A model generated the notes under the pieces. It searched no databases. It saw only the letters and a list, made by a program, of their open reading frames with translations, and was not told the origin of the DNA. The position numbers were made by a program, and so were the translations under genes. Positions 9,107 to 19,222 of a DNA stretch of 64,000 nt are shown piece after piece (the first letter of the stretch is position 1; the number at the start of each line of letters is the position of its first letter). Location: assembly GCA_902602885.1 (NCBI GenBank), contig CACKSM010000002.1:9410-73409 (forward strand), written 5' to 3'. Source of the stretch: an uncultured Alphaproteobacteria bacterium (GTDB taxonomy: Bacteria > Pseudomonadota > Alphaproteobacteria > HIMB59 > GCA-002718135).

Positions 9107-9980
9107 TATTTAATTTTGATATTTCTGTTATAAAAGCATTATAGTTTTTCATTTCATTCAACGATACTTTAAAAAAAACATTATAATTTTCTATCTTACT
9201 TATAGTGATATAAGCTTTAGTTATGTTTCTATTTTTTATAAAAAATTTAGTTTCCTCTAATATTAGAATTTTTTCATCTGAAATAATATTTTCTGAAGAT
9301 GGAGAAAGATTTATGTAAGGTAAAAAAATTTTATTAAATAAACTATTATTATTAGCAATATTCTTCAAATATAAATTAACTTCTTCATTAAATTGATCTT
9401 CTAAAAATGAATGACCTTTGTATTTATTTCTTTTTAGGATCGATAATTTTTCTAAAATAGGGTTATTATTATTTTGTAAAATTGTTTCAAGGTATTTGAG
9501 CTCCCTATCAAAATCCATGTTGTTTTCATATTTAATTTTTATTAACTCAACTAGTTCATTGATAGATTGATTTACTAGTTCAGGATTATTATTAGACTGA
9601 TCTTCAATATTTTTATTTTTTATAGAGGAAATCTCATAACTTAGAGAATTGAAATTCTTGTTTAATAATTCTATACTTTCATTTATTGACGTCAAATCAA
9701 CTTTTGATTCTTTATTTGAATCTTCTTTAATAAGTTTTTCTATATTTGTTAAGGTTGTTTTTGTTTCTAATATTTCTTTAGATATATTTTTTATAAATTT
9801 AGAATTTTCATTAATACTTTCCCTAAGTTCATTTTCTAGTTCAATCTGAAGTTTTGATACTTCATCTTCATTATTATAATTCGTATAGAGAAGATAAATT
9901 AAGAAAAAAACACATAATAGAAGAATAAAACTTAAAGAAAATTTAGAAAAAACATAAAAACTATCAAAAACTTTTTTCAT
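9099..9980 (-). CDS. Single-pass membrane coiled-coil protein (HemX / alphaMIC60-like candidate)
   Basis: 293 aa. It has one N-terminal TM (SLSFILLLCVFFLIYLLY), a long Glu/Lys/Asn-rich heptad-like region and a ~100 aa C-terminal domain. It overlaps the HemY-like gene by 8 nt (operon) and is divergent from tsaD. Confidence 0.45.
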   Translation of the reverse strand: MKKVFDSFYVFSKFSLSFILLLCVFFLIYLLYTNYNNEDEVSKLQIELENELRESINENSKFIKNISKEILETKTTLTNIEKLIKEDSNKESKVDLTSINESIELLNKNFNSLSYEISSIKNKNIEDQSNNNPELVNQSINELVELIKIKYENNMDFDRELKYLETILQNNNNPILEKLSILKRNKYKGHSFLEDQFNEEVNLYLKNIANNNSLFNKIFLPYINLSPSSENIISDEKILILEETKFFIKNRNITKAYITISKIENYNVFFKVSLNEMKNYNAFITEISKLNNV

Positions 9981-10042
9981 GCCCTTTTTTTAGCATTATT
10001 AGTTTGTTGTTTAACAGTGTAAAATACTATACCAAAATAAAT

Positions 10043-11053
10043 ATGCTTGTATTTGCTACAGAAACATCGTGCGACGAAACATCAATATGTCTAATGGAAA
10101 ACAGCTCTATTGTAGAACATATTACTTTTTCTCAGGAAATTCATAAAATACATGGAGGTGTTGTTCCAGAGTTAGCTTCCAGGTCACATTTAGAAAAAAT
10201 TCAAATTATGACTAACGAATTGTTTTCTAGAAAAAATATAGATCCAAATGAAATAGATGTATTTTCAGCTACTTGTGGACCAGGACTTATAGGAAGTTTA
10301 TTGGTTGGATCAACTTTTACAAAATCTTTAGCAATTTCTTTTCAAAAACCATTCATTCCAATCAACCATCTTGAAGGTCATATCCTTTCCACAAGTTTTA
10401 ATAATGATATTAAATTCCCAAGTGTGGTCTTACTTTTAACAGGAGGACATACTCAAGTATACCTTATGAAGGATGAGCGCAATATTGAACTATTAGGTCA
10501 GAGTGTTGATGATGCAATTGGAGAAGCTTTTGATAAAACTGCAAAATTAATAGGACTATCATATCCAGGTGGTGCTGAGATTGAAAGAGAGGCAGTGAGA
10601 GGAGATGAAAATAGATTTATTTTACCAAAACCTTTAGCAAAAGAAAAAAATTTCAATTTTTCATTTTCTGGGATTAAAACATACATAAATATTTTAACAA
10701 AAAAAAATAAAATTGATAAAAAATTTATTCAAGATTTATCTGCATCTTTTCAAAAAAATATTTCCGATCTACTAATAGAAAAACTTGAAAGAGGATTAGA
10801 AAGACTAAAATTATATAAAGTAAATGTTAAATCACTTTCAGTTGTAGGGGGTGTATCTAATAATAAGTATATAAAAAAAAAATTTGAAAATTTTTTTATT
10901 AATAAAAATATTGAGATATACTATCCAGTAAAGGAAATGATGATTGATAATGCTGCTATGATTGCATGGGCATGTATGAAATTTTACAAAAAAGATAGAA
11001 ATGATTTATTTTTTAAACCAATGCCTAGATTAAGAGTAAGAAGTGTATTATAA
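10043..11053 (+). CDS. tsaD: tRNA N6-adenosine threonylcarbamoyltransferase TsaD (Gcp/Kae1)
   Basis: MLVFATETSCDETS, GGVVPELASRSH, NHLEGH and LLLTGGHTQ are TsaD signatures. The track ORF begins at TTG 10004; ATG 10043 matches the canonical N-terminus. Confidence 0.93.
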   Translation: MLVFATETSCDETSICLMENSSIVEHITFSQEIHKIHGGVVPELASRSHLEKIQIMTNELFSRKNIDPNEIDVFSATCGPGLIGSLLVGSTFTKSLAISFQKPFIPINHLEGHILSTSFNNDIKFPSVVLLLTGGHTQVYLMKDERNIELLGQSVDDAIGEAFDKTAKLIGLSYPGGAEIEREAVRGDENRFILPKPLAKEKNFNFSFSGIKTYINILTKKNKIDKKFIQDLSASFQKNISDLLIEKLERGLERLKLYKVNVKSLSVVGGVSNNKYIKKKFENFFINKNIEIYYPVKEMMIDNAAMIAWACMKFYKKDRNDLFFKPMPRLRVRSVL

Positions 11054-11093
11054 ATTTAATCTTGTAAATAATTTAAACTGAAGAAATATTTAA

Positions 11094-11498
11094 ATGAAAT
11101 ACTGGTTATTGAAATCTGAACCTGATGCATGGTCTTGGGATAACCAAGTCAAGGAGGGTGCATCCATGTGGGATGGAGTCCGAAATTATCAAGCTAGAAA
11201 TAATTTGAAAGAGATGAAAAAAAATGATTTATGTTTTTTTTATCATTCAGTTACAGAAAGAAGTATTGTTGGTATTGTTAAAGTAGTAAAAGAATATTAT
11301 CCAGATCCTACAGATAAAACAGGCCGTTTTGTTGTAGTTGATGTTAAGGCAACAAAAAAACTAAAAAACCAAGTCTCTCTTGATCAGATAAAAGAAAACA
11401 GTAAGTTAAAAGATATTGCACTTGTTAAACAAAGTAGACTCTCTGTAATGCCTTTAAAAAAAACTGAATGGGAAATAATAATTAAAATGTCAAATTAG
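11094..11498 (+). CDS. EVE (PUA-like) domain protein
   Basis: 134 aa. MKYWLLKSEPD.WSWD...W.GVRNYQARN.L..MK.GD..FFYHS is the typical EVE/Thy28-like N-terminus. Confidence 0.85.
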   Translation: MKYWLLKSEPDAWSWDNQVKEGASMWDGVRNYQARNNLKEMKKNDLCFFYHSVTERSIVGIVKVVKEYYPDPTDKTGRFVVVDVKATKKLKNQVSLDQIKENSKLKDIALVKQSRLSVMPLKKTEWEIIIKMSN

Positions 11499-11553
11499 CT
11501 TAAAAAAATAATTACTTGTTGATATTTAAATAAATAAGAATTACTCTCTTATT

Positions 11554-13476
11554 ATGGAAATTAAAAAAGAGTGGCTTGAACATGCAAAGGTTAATGAAGA
11601 TAAATATTCTTCAATGTATGATAATTCTCTTCAAAACAATGATGAATTTTGGGCAGATCAAGCACAAAGGGTCGATTGGATCAAAAAATTTAAAAAAATA
11701 AAAGATATAAAATATTCTAAAGATGATGTTAGTATTAAATGGTTTGAAGACGGTAATCTTAATGTATCTTATAATTGTATAGATAGGCATGCTGAAAATA
11801 ATCCTGATAAAGTTGCGATAATTTGGGAAGGTGATGATCCAAATGAAACAAAGAAAATAACCTACAGAGACCTTCTAATAAGTGTATCAAAAGCAGCAAA
11901 TGTACTAAAAAAAATTGGAGTAAAAAAAGGTGATCGAGTAACAATATACTTAACAATGATACCTGAGTTGGCCTACATTATGTTAGCTTGCGCAAGAATT
12001 GGAGCAGTTCACTCAATAATATTTGGAGGCTTTTCTGCAGAGTCAATAGCAGGTAGAATAAAAGATTGTAAATCAGAATATGTAGTAACAGCAGATGAAG
12101 GAGTTAGAGGTGGAAAAACTATTCCTTTGAAATTAACTACGGATAAGGCACTAGAAACATGTCCGGATGTTAAAAAATGTTTAGTTGTTAAAAGAACAAA
12201 TAAAGAGATAGAGCTAAAAAAAGATAGAGATATATTTTATGATGATATTTTAAAAGATGTTGATAGTTTTTGTGAACCAGAAGTCTTAAACGCTGAGGAT
12301 CCTTTATTTATTTTATATACGTCTGGGTCAACTGGTAAGCCTAAAGGCGTAATGCACACAACTGGTGGTTATATAGTTTATGCTTCAATGACACATGAAT
12401 ATATTTTTAATTACAATGATGGAGATATATATTGGTGTACCGCAGACATTGGCTGGATTACTGGTCACAGTTATATAATTTATGGTCCACTTGCTAATGG
12501 TGCTACAACTTTAATGTTTGAAGGTGTTCCTAATTATCCTGACTTCTCTAGATTTTGGCAAATAGTCGATAAACATGAAGTAAATATATTTTACACAGCC
12601 CCTACAGCAATTAGAGCTTTAATGAGAGAAGGTGATAGTTTTGTAAAAAAAACAAACAGATCATCATTAAAACTTTTAGGAACAGTTGGTGAACCAATAA
12701 ATCCAGAAGCTTGGAAATGGTACTATGAAGTACCAGGTAATTCAAAATGTCCAATTGTTGATACTTGGTGGCAAACAGAAACAGGGGGAATTTTAATTTC
12801 TCCTCAAACTGGTGCTATAAAATTGAAGCCAGGTTCTGCTTCAAAACCCTTTTTTGGAATTGAGCCTTGCATAGTTGATAAGGAGGGAAATGAACTAGAA
12901 GGAGAATGTGAAGGGATGCTATGTATGAAACGTTCATGGCCAGGTCAAATGAGAACAGTTTACGGAGATCATAAAAGGTTTATTGACACCTATTTTTCAC
13001 AATTTGATGGAAAATATTTTACAGGCGATGGATGTAAGAGAGACAAAGATGGATATTATTGGATTACAGGTAGAGTGGATGATGTAATTATTGTGTCCGG
13101 TCATAATTTAGGCACTGCAGAAATAGAAAGTGCTTTTGTATCTCATACGGACGTTTCTGAAGCGGCAGTCGTGGGATATCCTCATGATGTTAAAGGGAAT
13201 GGTTTATATTGTTATGTCTCTCTCAAAGTTGGAGTAGCTTATTCAGACGATTTAGTATTGGATTTAAAAAAAACTATTAGAGAAAAAATTGGTCCTATTG
13301 CTACACCTGATTTTATTCATGTTACTGCCAGCCTACCAAAGACAAGATCAGGAAAAATTATGAGACGAATTTTAAGAAAAATTGCCTCAAATGATTTTGA
13401 AAATTTAGGAGACACTTCAACATTAGCAGATCCATCAGTTGTAGATAATTTAATTCAAGATAGACAAAATATATAA
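11554..13476 (+). CDS. acs: Acetyl-CoA synthetase
   Basis: 640 aa. [15 protein letters not shown]-binding motif, [26 protein letters not shown] and SGKIMRR.LRKI. Confidence 0.96.
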   Translation: MEIKKEWLEHAKVNEDKYSSMYDNSLQNNDEFWADQAQRVDWIKKFKKIKDIKYSKDDVSIKWFEDGNLNVSYNCIDRHAENNPDKVAIIWEGDDPNETKKITYRDLLISVSKAANVLKKIGVKKGDRVTIYLTMIPELAYIMLACARIGAVHSIIFGGFSAESIAGRIKDCKSEYVVTADEGVRGGKTIPLKLTTDKALETCPDVKKCLVVKRTNKEIELKKDRDIFYDDILKDVDSFCEPEVLNAEDPLFILYTSGSTGKPKGVMHTTGGYIVYASMTHEYIFNYNDGDIYWCTADIGWITGHSYIIYGPLANGATTLMFEGVPNYPDFSRFWQIVDKHEVNIFYTAPTAIRALMREGDSFVKKTNRSSLKLLGTVGEPINPEAWKWYYEVPGNSKCPIVDTWWQTETGGILISPQTGAIKLKPGSASKPFFGIEPCIVDKEGNELEGECEGMLCMKRSWPGQMRTVYGDHKRFIDTYFSQFDGKYFTGDGCKRDKDGYYWITGRVDDVIIVSGHNLGTAEIESAFVSHTDVSEAAVVGYPHDVKGNGLYCYVSLKVGVAYSDDLVLDLKKTIREKIGPIATPDFIHVTASLPKTRSGKIMRRILRKIASNDFENLGDTSTLADPSVVDNLIQDRQNI

Positions 13477-13480
13477 AAAA

Positions 13481-14032
13481 CTATCTTGGCTCCCAATGCT
13501 TTAAACATCTAGGCTCATAGATATTTGCAGCACCTACCTGTGTTCTCTCACCACCTTCTGTTTTTCTATAGGTTTTTGTTGCCTCAATTCCACAAACATT
13601 ACAAAAACCATAAATTTTAATAATTTTGTCAGAAAGACCCAGAAGCATTGAAGATGTTTCCCAGGGCTTTCCTCTTGAATCTTGATCAAGGCCTGCGCAA
13701 ACAACATCTATTCCCTTATTCAAAATTATTTCTACATTATTTAGTGTGTGCTTTGTATCCATAAACTGAATTTCATCTAAAAATACCATGTCAACTTCAC
13801 TTTTTTCAAAATTAAATTTTTTTAAAGTCGTAGGCCAATCATTCATTGAATAACATTCATGACTCAAATCATTATGGGTAATGATTTTTTCATTAGAGTA
13901 TCTGTCATCTAAGCTTGGTTTGATTACTATAATTTTTTTGTTTTGATGTTTAGCCCAAAGTATTCTTTTTAATAATTCACTTGTTTTACCCGCAAACATT
14001 GCACCAACGATTGTTTCAAGATTACCACGCAT
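13481..14032 (-). CDS. tdk: Thymidine kinase
   Basis: 183 aa. GAMFAGKTSEL P-loop, FLDEIQF, and a C-terminal Cys-containing Zn lasso (C..CG...C). Confidence 0.93.
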   Translation of the reverse strand: MRGNLETIVGAMFAGKTSELLKRILWAKHQNKKIIVIKPSLDDRYSNEKIITHNDLSHECYSMNDWPTTLKKFNFEKSEVDMVFLDEIQFMDTKHTLNNVEIILNKGIDVVCAGLDQDSRGKPWETSSMLLGLSDKIIKIYGFCNVCGIEATKTYRKTEGGERTQVGAANIYEPRCLKHWEPR

Positions 14033-14102
14033 AACTCAATATATTTTATTTTTGATATTTATTATATAATTAATTTCAATAAATAATAGATTATTTAAAA
14101 TT

Positions 14103-15371
14103 ATGATTAAAGGTGAAAAAATAAGATTTGATATTCATAATATTTTATTTTTGATTTATAAATTTAACAATACATTAGAGAATACATCTATAAAAAAAAT
14201 AGTTGATAAACATAAAAAAGAAGATGTATCTTTTATATTTAATGTAACCTTAAATTCTATGCGGCTTCATTTACATAGCTTAAAAATATTGAAAATATAT
14301 ATAAAGAAAAAATTAAGAGATCATGAGAAAATTTTATTAATCAGTGCAATAACTCAAATTGTATTTTTAAACTTTAAGGAATATGCTGTTATAAACTGTT
14401 CAGTTGAAATTTCCAAAAAATTAAAACTTTATCCAGCACTTATAAATGCTAGTTTAAAAGCGATAGCTAAAAATAAAAAAAAATTAAAAGATATTAAGAT
14501 TAATTATCAAGATTTACCAGAATGGTTTAGAAAAAGCACAACCTCTTTAACAACAAATGAAAAAAAACAATTTGTTGAAAATTTCTACAAAGAACCAGAT
14601 GTTCATATAGTTTTTAAAAACAAGGAAAAATTAAATAAATTTGAAGAGGATATAGTTAGAACAAGTAGCACATCAGGTTTTCTGATAAATAAAAAGGAAA
14701 TAGAAAGTAAAAAATCATTTTTAAAAGGTGATTGGTGGGTACAAGATTTCTCGTCCTTCTTTCCAATAAATAATATTATATTTAAGAATCAAAATTTAAA
14801 GTTCTTAGATGCTTGCGCTGCTCCTGGAGGAAAAGCATTCCAGCTTCTCTCCAAAAACTTAGAAGTTACACTTAATGATAAGAGCAAGAGAAGAATACAA
14901 GTTCTAAAATCTAATTTGAATCGTCTTAAATTTAATCCAACAATATTAAATAGGGATTTTATAAATTTCGATAAAAATGAAAAGTTTGATTTTATTATAA
15001 TTGATGCTCCATGTTCAGCAATTGGAACAATAAGAAAAAATCCTGAAATATTTTTTAAAAATAAAATGCCTGATTTTGATGGACTTAATAGTTTACAGCA
15101 AAATATGCTAGAAAATGCAGCTCATTTATTAAATGTAGGTGGTAATATACTTTATATGACTTGCTCTTTTATAAAAAATGAGACTTTTGATCAGATTAAT
15201 AAATTCCTTAGAAATAATAATAATTTTTTAATTGATAATTTTACATTAACAGAAGAAAGTCACAAATTTTCAAAACTAGTAAAAAACAATCTAATGATTA
15301 CAATCCCAGATAAAATATTGAATAATAATATAGACGGGTATTTTGCTGCAAATCTTAAAAAAATAAAATGA
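14103..15371 (+). CDS. rsmB: 16S rRNA (cytosine-C5)-methyltransferase RsmB/Sun family
   Basis: 422 aa. WWVQD.SS, LDACAAPGGK, IIDAPCSAIGTIRKNPE and YMTCS are RsmB/NOL1/NOP2 motifs. Confidence 0.88.
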   Translation: MIKGEKIRFDIHNILFLIYKFNNTLENTSIKKIVDKHKKEDVSFIFNVTLNSMRLHLHSLKILKIYIKKKLRDHEKILLISAITQIVFLNFKEYAVINCSVEISKKLKLYPALINASLKAIAKNKKKLKDIKINYQDLPEWFRKSTTSLTTNEKKQFVENFYKEPDVHIVFKNKEKLNKFEEDIVRTSSTSGFLINKKEIESKKSFLKGDWWVQDFSSFFPINNIIFKNQNLKFLDACAAPGGKAFQLLSKNLEVTLNDKSKRRIQVLKSNLNRLKFNPTILNRDFINFDKNEKFDFIIIDAPCSAIGTIRKNPEIFFKNKMPDFDGLNSLQQNMLENAAHLLNVGGNILYMTCSFIKNETFDQINKFLRNNNNFLIDNFTLTEESHKFSKLVKNNLMITIPDKILNNNIDGYFAANLKKIK

Positions 15372-16900
15372 TTTTAATATTTAAAAAATTATTTTTTATT
15401 TTTATAATTTTAAAATTTAAATCAAATAAAAATTACTCGTATAACGATTTAAATTTTAGAAAAATTGACTATACTAATTACAATCAAGTAAAATCATTTA
15501 TTTTTAAAAAAAATTTTTACAAAAATAATAGTAAAAATGTACATAACTTTGATTTTTTAAATTTTTCAAATAAATTAGGAGGAAAAATTGGTATAAATTT
15601 ATCAAAAGAGTCTATTTTTAGATGGTTTCAAATTAATAAGAATAAGTTGGGCTTTCCTTGGAGTAAGGATTTACCATCAAAGAGACTAATTAATCTCTTA
15701 TATAATTACGAATATATAAATTCATCATCCAGTCCAAGAAATAAAAAAAAACTGGATTCAATAATTTATTTTCATATTCAAAGAGTCTTATTTGATTTTA
15801 ACAACAAAAAAATTACACAAATTACTTCATTTGATATTACTGGTTATTTATTGTCATGTTTCATAATTAAAAAAATAAACAATAAAAATATAGGATATGC
15901 AAAATTTGTTGCTGATAATCAAATTGATAAATTAGGAATGCATAAAAGTTACAATGTGTTGGAGCATTCAAAATTTATAAATAACTTAATTGAAATTAAA
16001 AGTATCTTTCTTTTTTTTCAAAATAAAGAAGCAAACATATTTGATGAATTAATATTGAAAATGACATCTGTTTTAAATGAATATTTTCATAAAGATGGAT
16101 CTATCCCTTTATTTAATGGTTCAAATAATATTTATACAAAAGAAATTTTTAATTCTTTAAATAAAGAAAATTTTTTAAAGAAAAGAATTTTTTCAAATGT
16201 AGATAATGGAATTGCTTTTTATTCAGATAAAAACAAAAAAGTTTTTTTTGATGTCGTTCAGCCAAACAAAGATATGATAAGTTCTAATTTAAGCGCAGGT
16301 ACTTTATCCCTAGAGTTAAGTGGTTTTGGTGAAAAAATATTTACAAACTGTGGTGCATCTGAAAATTTTGGTAAAAATCCTGAATACCTAAGGTATAGTG
16401 CAGCTCATTCCACTATTATTTTACAAAACACAAATATAAGTGAGATAAAGGAAGCCAATCCCCACATAAGGTTTCCTCAATCAGTAGTATTTAGAAGAGA
16501 ATCCAATGAACGAGAAGAAATATTTGAAGGTTCACACAATGGATATTTAAAAAAATTTAATAAAATAATTAAAAGGAAATTAATCATAAATACAGATTTT
16601 GATAAATTAGAGGGTGAGGACAGTTTTATTTCTTATAAAAATACAGATAACAGATTAGTTTACCATATTAGGTTTCACTTAGCTGAAGGAATGGCATTTA
16701 ATTTTACAAATAGTAAAAAAAATATAATTTTAAAAACAAGTTTAAATAATATTTGGCTATTTAAAAGTGATGTGGAATTAATTGTAGAAGACAGTATAAT
16801 CGTTGATAATAATAAAACTAAACCAACGAAACAAATTGTTATAAAAGGTATAATATCTGATAAAAAAATTATAAGAAAATGGTCATTACAAAAAATTTAA
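15368..16900 (+). CDS. Heparinase II/III-like family protein (function unknown)
   Basis: 510 aa. The call rests mainly on position: a heparinase II/III-like gene sits between rsmB and purH in many alphaproteobacteria. The HSTI..N-type C-terminal region (AAHSTIILQN) also fits. Weak without a search. Confidence 0.5.
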   Translation: MILIFKKLFFIFIILKFKSNKNYSYNDLNFRKIDYTNYNQVKSFIFKKNFYKNNSKNVHNFDFLNFSNKLGGKIGINLSKESIFRWFQINKNKLGFPWSKDLPSKRLINLLYNYEYINSSSSPRNKKKLDSIIYFHIQRVLFDFNNKKITQITSFDITGYLLSCFIIKKINNKNIGYAKFVADNQIDKLGMHKSYNVLEHSKFINNLIEIKSIFLFFQNKEANIFDELILKMTSVLNEYFHKDGSIPLFNGSNNIYTKEIFNSLNKENFLKKRIFSNVDNGIAFYSDKNKKVFFDVVQPNKDMISSNLSAGTLSLELSGFGEKIFTNCGASENFGKNPEYLRYSAAHSTIILQNTNISEIKEANPHIRFPQSVVFRRESNEREEIFEGSHNGYLKKFNKIIKRKLIINTDFDKLEGEDSFISYKNTDNRLVYHIRFHLAEGMAFNFTNSKKNIILKTSLNNIWLFKSDVELIVEDSIIVDNNKTKPTKQIVIKGIISDKKIIRKWSLQKI

Positions 16901-17484
16901 AACAGAAATATGCTTTAATATCAGTATTTGACAAAAAAAACCTACGGTATCTTTGTGCTAATCTAAGTAAATATAATTATAAATTTATTTCAACGGGGTC
17001 AACAGGTAACAAAATAAGGGATATGGGTTTTAAATGTAAGGATGTTTCTAAAATAACTAAATATAAAGAAATGTTTGATGGAAGAGTTAAAACAATAAAT
17101 CCATTAATATATAGCTCTCTTCTTTATAAGCGAGAAAATGAATTTCATAAAAAACAATTTCTAAAATTAAAAATTCCTGAAATTGATATTGTTATCGTAA
17201 ATTTGTATCCTTTTCATAAATACTTAAAAAGAAAAGATATTAATAGTAAAATCGAGATGATTGACATTGGTGGCCCAAGTTTACTAAGAGCATCTGGTAA
17301 AAACTTTAAATATATTACTCCCATTATGGATGTTAAGGACTATAAGAAACTAGTTAGTAATTTAAAAAAAAATAATGGGGTGACGGACCTTTCTTTTAGA
17401 AAAAAAATGGCTTGTAAAATTTATAAAGGTACTTCTGGTTATGATAAAATAATTTCTGATTGGTTAGATGAAAACCAAAAATAA
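16879..17484 (+). CDS. purH: PurH N-terminal part: IMP cyclohydrolase (MGS-like) domain
   Basis: 201 aa. ALISVFDKKNL, STGSTGNKIRDMG, DGRVKTINPLIYSSLL, IVIVNLYPF and IDIGGPSLLRASGKN. It stops at 17482-17484 inside the interdomain linker. Confidence 0.9.
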   Translation: MVITKNLKQKYALISVFDKKNLRYLCANLSKYNYKFISTGSTGNKIRDMGFKCKDVSKITKYKEMFDGRVKTINPLIYSSLLYKRENEFHKKQFLKLKIPEIDIVIVNLYPFHKYLKRKDINSKIEMIDIGGPSLLRASGKNFKYITPIMDVKDYKKLVSNLKKNNGVTDLSFRKKMACKIYKGTSGYDKIISDWLDENQK

Positions 17485-18385
17485 AAAGATAATACTTAGA
17501 TATGGTGAGAATCCAAATCAAAAAGCATACATAATCAACAAACAAAAAAGTTCTATTTTTAATTTTCAAATAAGCGGCAAAACTATAAGTTATAATAATT
17601 TAATTGATCTTGATAGTGGTCTAAAATGCTTGGCAGAATTTAGTGAGCCTACATCAATAATTATTAAACATACAAATCCGTGCGGTGTTGCTTCATCTAA
17701 TAATATTACAAGTGCATTTATTAAATCTTATAAAAGTGACCCTAAAAGTGCATTTGGGGGAATAATTTTTTTAAATAGAAAAGTAGATTTACAACTAGCA
17801 AAAAAAATACATAAAAATTTTTATGAAATGGTTGTTGCACCTAATTTTGATAAAAACGCATTAGATATTTTAAAACAGAAGAAAAAATTAATTTTATTAA
17901 AAATACCAAAAATTAAAAAGCAAAATATTGAATTCAAATCTACTCTTTTTGGTGATTTATACCAAACTAAAGATTTTACACCGATTAATAAAAAATTTCT
18001 AAATTTATCTTCAGTTAAAAAAGCGTCATCAAAATCTATTAATGATTTAATATTTTCACTCAAAGTAGCTAAACACTTAAAATCAAATGCTGTTGTATTA
18101 TCAAGAAATAAACAAACTGTTGGTTTGGGTCATGGACAAACAAACAGATTTGATGCACTTAATTTTGCAATAAAAAATATGAATAAATATTTTAAAAAAA
18201 AACCATTTGTTTGTGCTTCTGATGGTTTTTTCCCGTTCACGGATAGTATAAAATTACTAAATAAAAAAGGTTGTAATATTATAGCGCAGCCAAAAGGTTC
18301 AATAAATGATAAAAAAATAATTTCTTTTTCTATAGAAAATAAAATTTCATTGTATTTTATTAAAAATAGACTTTTCAAACATTGA
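17468..18385 (+). CDS. purH: PurH C-terminal part: AICAR formyltransferase domain
   Basis: 305 aa. LRYGENPNQKA, ISYNNLIDLD, IIKHTNPCGVA, AFGGII, GHGQTNRFDAL and CASDGFFPF. It is in the +1 frame relative to the preceding ORF and overlaps it by 17 nt. Confidence 0.9.
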   Translation: MKTKNKKIILRYGENPNQKAYIINKQKSSIFNFQISGKTISYNNLIDLDSGLKCLAEFSEPTSIIIKHTNPCGVASSNNITSAFIKSYKSDPKSAFGGIIFLNRKVDLQLAKKIHKNFYEMVVAPNFDKNALDILKQKKKLILLKIPKIKKQNIEFKSTLFGDLYQTKDFTPINKKFLNLSSVKKASSKSINDLIFSLKVAKHLKSNAVVLSRNKQTVGLGHGQTNRFDALNFAIKNMNKYFKKKPFVCASDGFFPFTDSIKLLNKKGCNIIAQPKGSINDKKIISFSIENKISLYFIKNRLFKH

Positions 18386-18609
18386 GCAACAAATATAAAA
18401 TTCCAAATTACATAAAAACCCTGATTAAGGATAATCCAAAAATTATTTCTGGTAGGAAAAGGTTCTATTTCTACGAATGGAGAGTAAATAAAACTATAGA
18501 TTTAATAAAAAAATATATTCGTTCCAAAAATAATTAAGAAAACTCATTTATTTTAATAGATTCAATTAGACTAGTTTACTGAATTAATAAATTGATATAG
18601 AAATAATTT

Positions 18610-19212
18610 ATGAACAAGCCAAATCTTTTTTTTCCCACACCTGTTTGGACACTACAATTAGATAATTATCATTCAATTAATGAACAAATGTATAAATTTA
18701 TTAAAATTACTCAATCAAAAGATCAGCAAGGAATTAGTAAAAGTAATATTAAAGGCTGGCATTCAAAAGATTTTAATATGCAAGAAAATGAACCTAAAGA
18801 TTTTATAAAATTTATATTGCCAGCTATTGAGCAGGTAATCACTGATATGAACTGGGAAAAACAAAAACAATCTATCAATATAAATAATATGTGGGCAATA
18901 ATAAATACAGGAGGTTCCGCAAATTTAAGACACCAGCATGGTAATAGTACAATAAGTGGTGCTTATTATGTTCGGGCACCAAAAAATTCAGGTGATATTG
19001 TTTTTTATGATCCAAGACCAGCACCTGTTTATACATACCCCAAAGCAGTAAATCCTAATTTACTTAATGCTCAAGTAAATGGAATAAGCCCTAAAGAAGG
19101 AGCTTTAGTTCTATTTCCGAGTTATCTTGATCATTCAGTAAATGAGAATCTTTCCAATGAAGAAAGAATAGTAATAAGCTTTAATATTACAATTCAAAGT
19201 AAATCTAATTAA
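18610..19212 (+). CDS. 2OG-Fe(II) oxygenase superfamily protein (TIGR02466-like)
   Basis: 200 aa. FPTPVW...L, KGWHS, ...HQHGNSTISGAYYV....G.I.F.DPR and LFPSYL.HSV..N.S.E.RI.ISFN match the pattern of the conserved hypothetical 2OG-oxygenase-like family common in marine bacteria and phages. Confidence 0.6.
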   Translation: MNKPNLFFPTPVWTLQLDNYHSINEQMYKFIKITQSKDQQGISKSNIKGWHSKDFNMQENEPKDFIKFILPAIEQVITDMNWEKQKQSININNMWAIINTGGSANLRHQHGNSTISGAYYVRAPKNSGDIVFYDPRPAPVYTYPKAVNPNLLNAQVNGISPKEGALVLFPSYLDHSVNENLSNEERIVISFNITIQSKSN

Positions 19213-19222
19213 ACAAATTTTT

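Noticed and set aside
18370-18537. Stop-to-stop open frame in the purH-island spacer (...IPNYIKTLIKDNPKIISGRKRFYFYEWRVNKTIDLIKKYIRSKNN*), possibly a C-terminal gene remnant marking the island border
   Set aside because: It has no ATG (only a possible TTG at 18382), no recognisable motif and only ~50 codons. It cannot be distinguished from chance in AT-rich sequence without a database search (tblastn/blastp of this peptide would decide).
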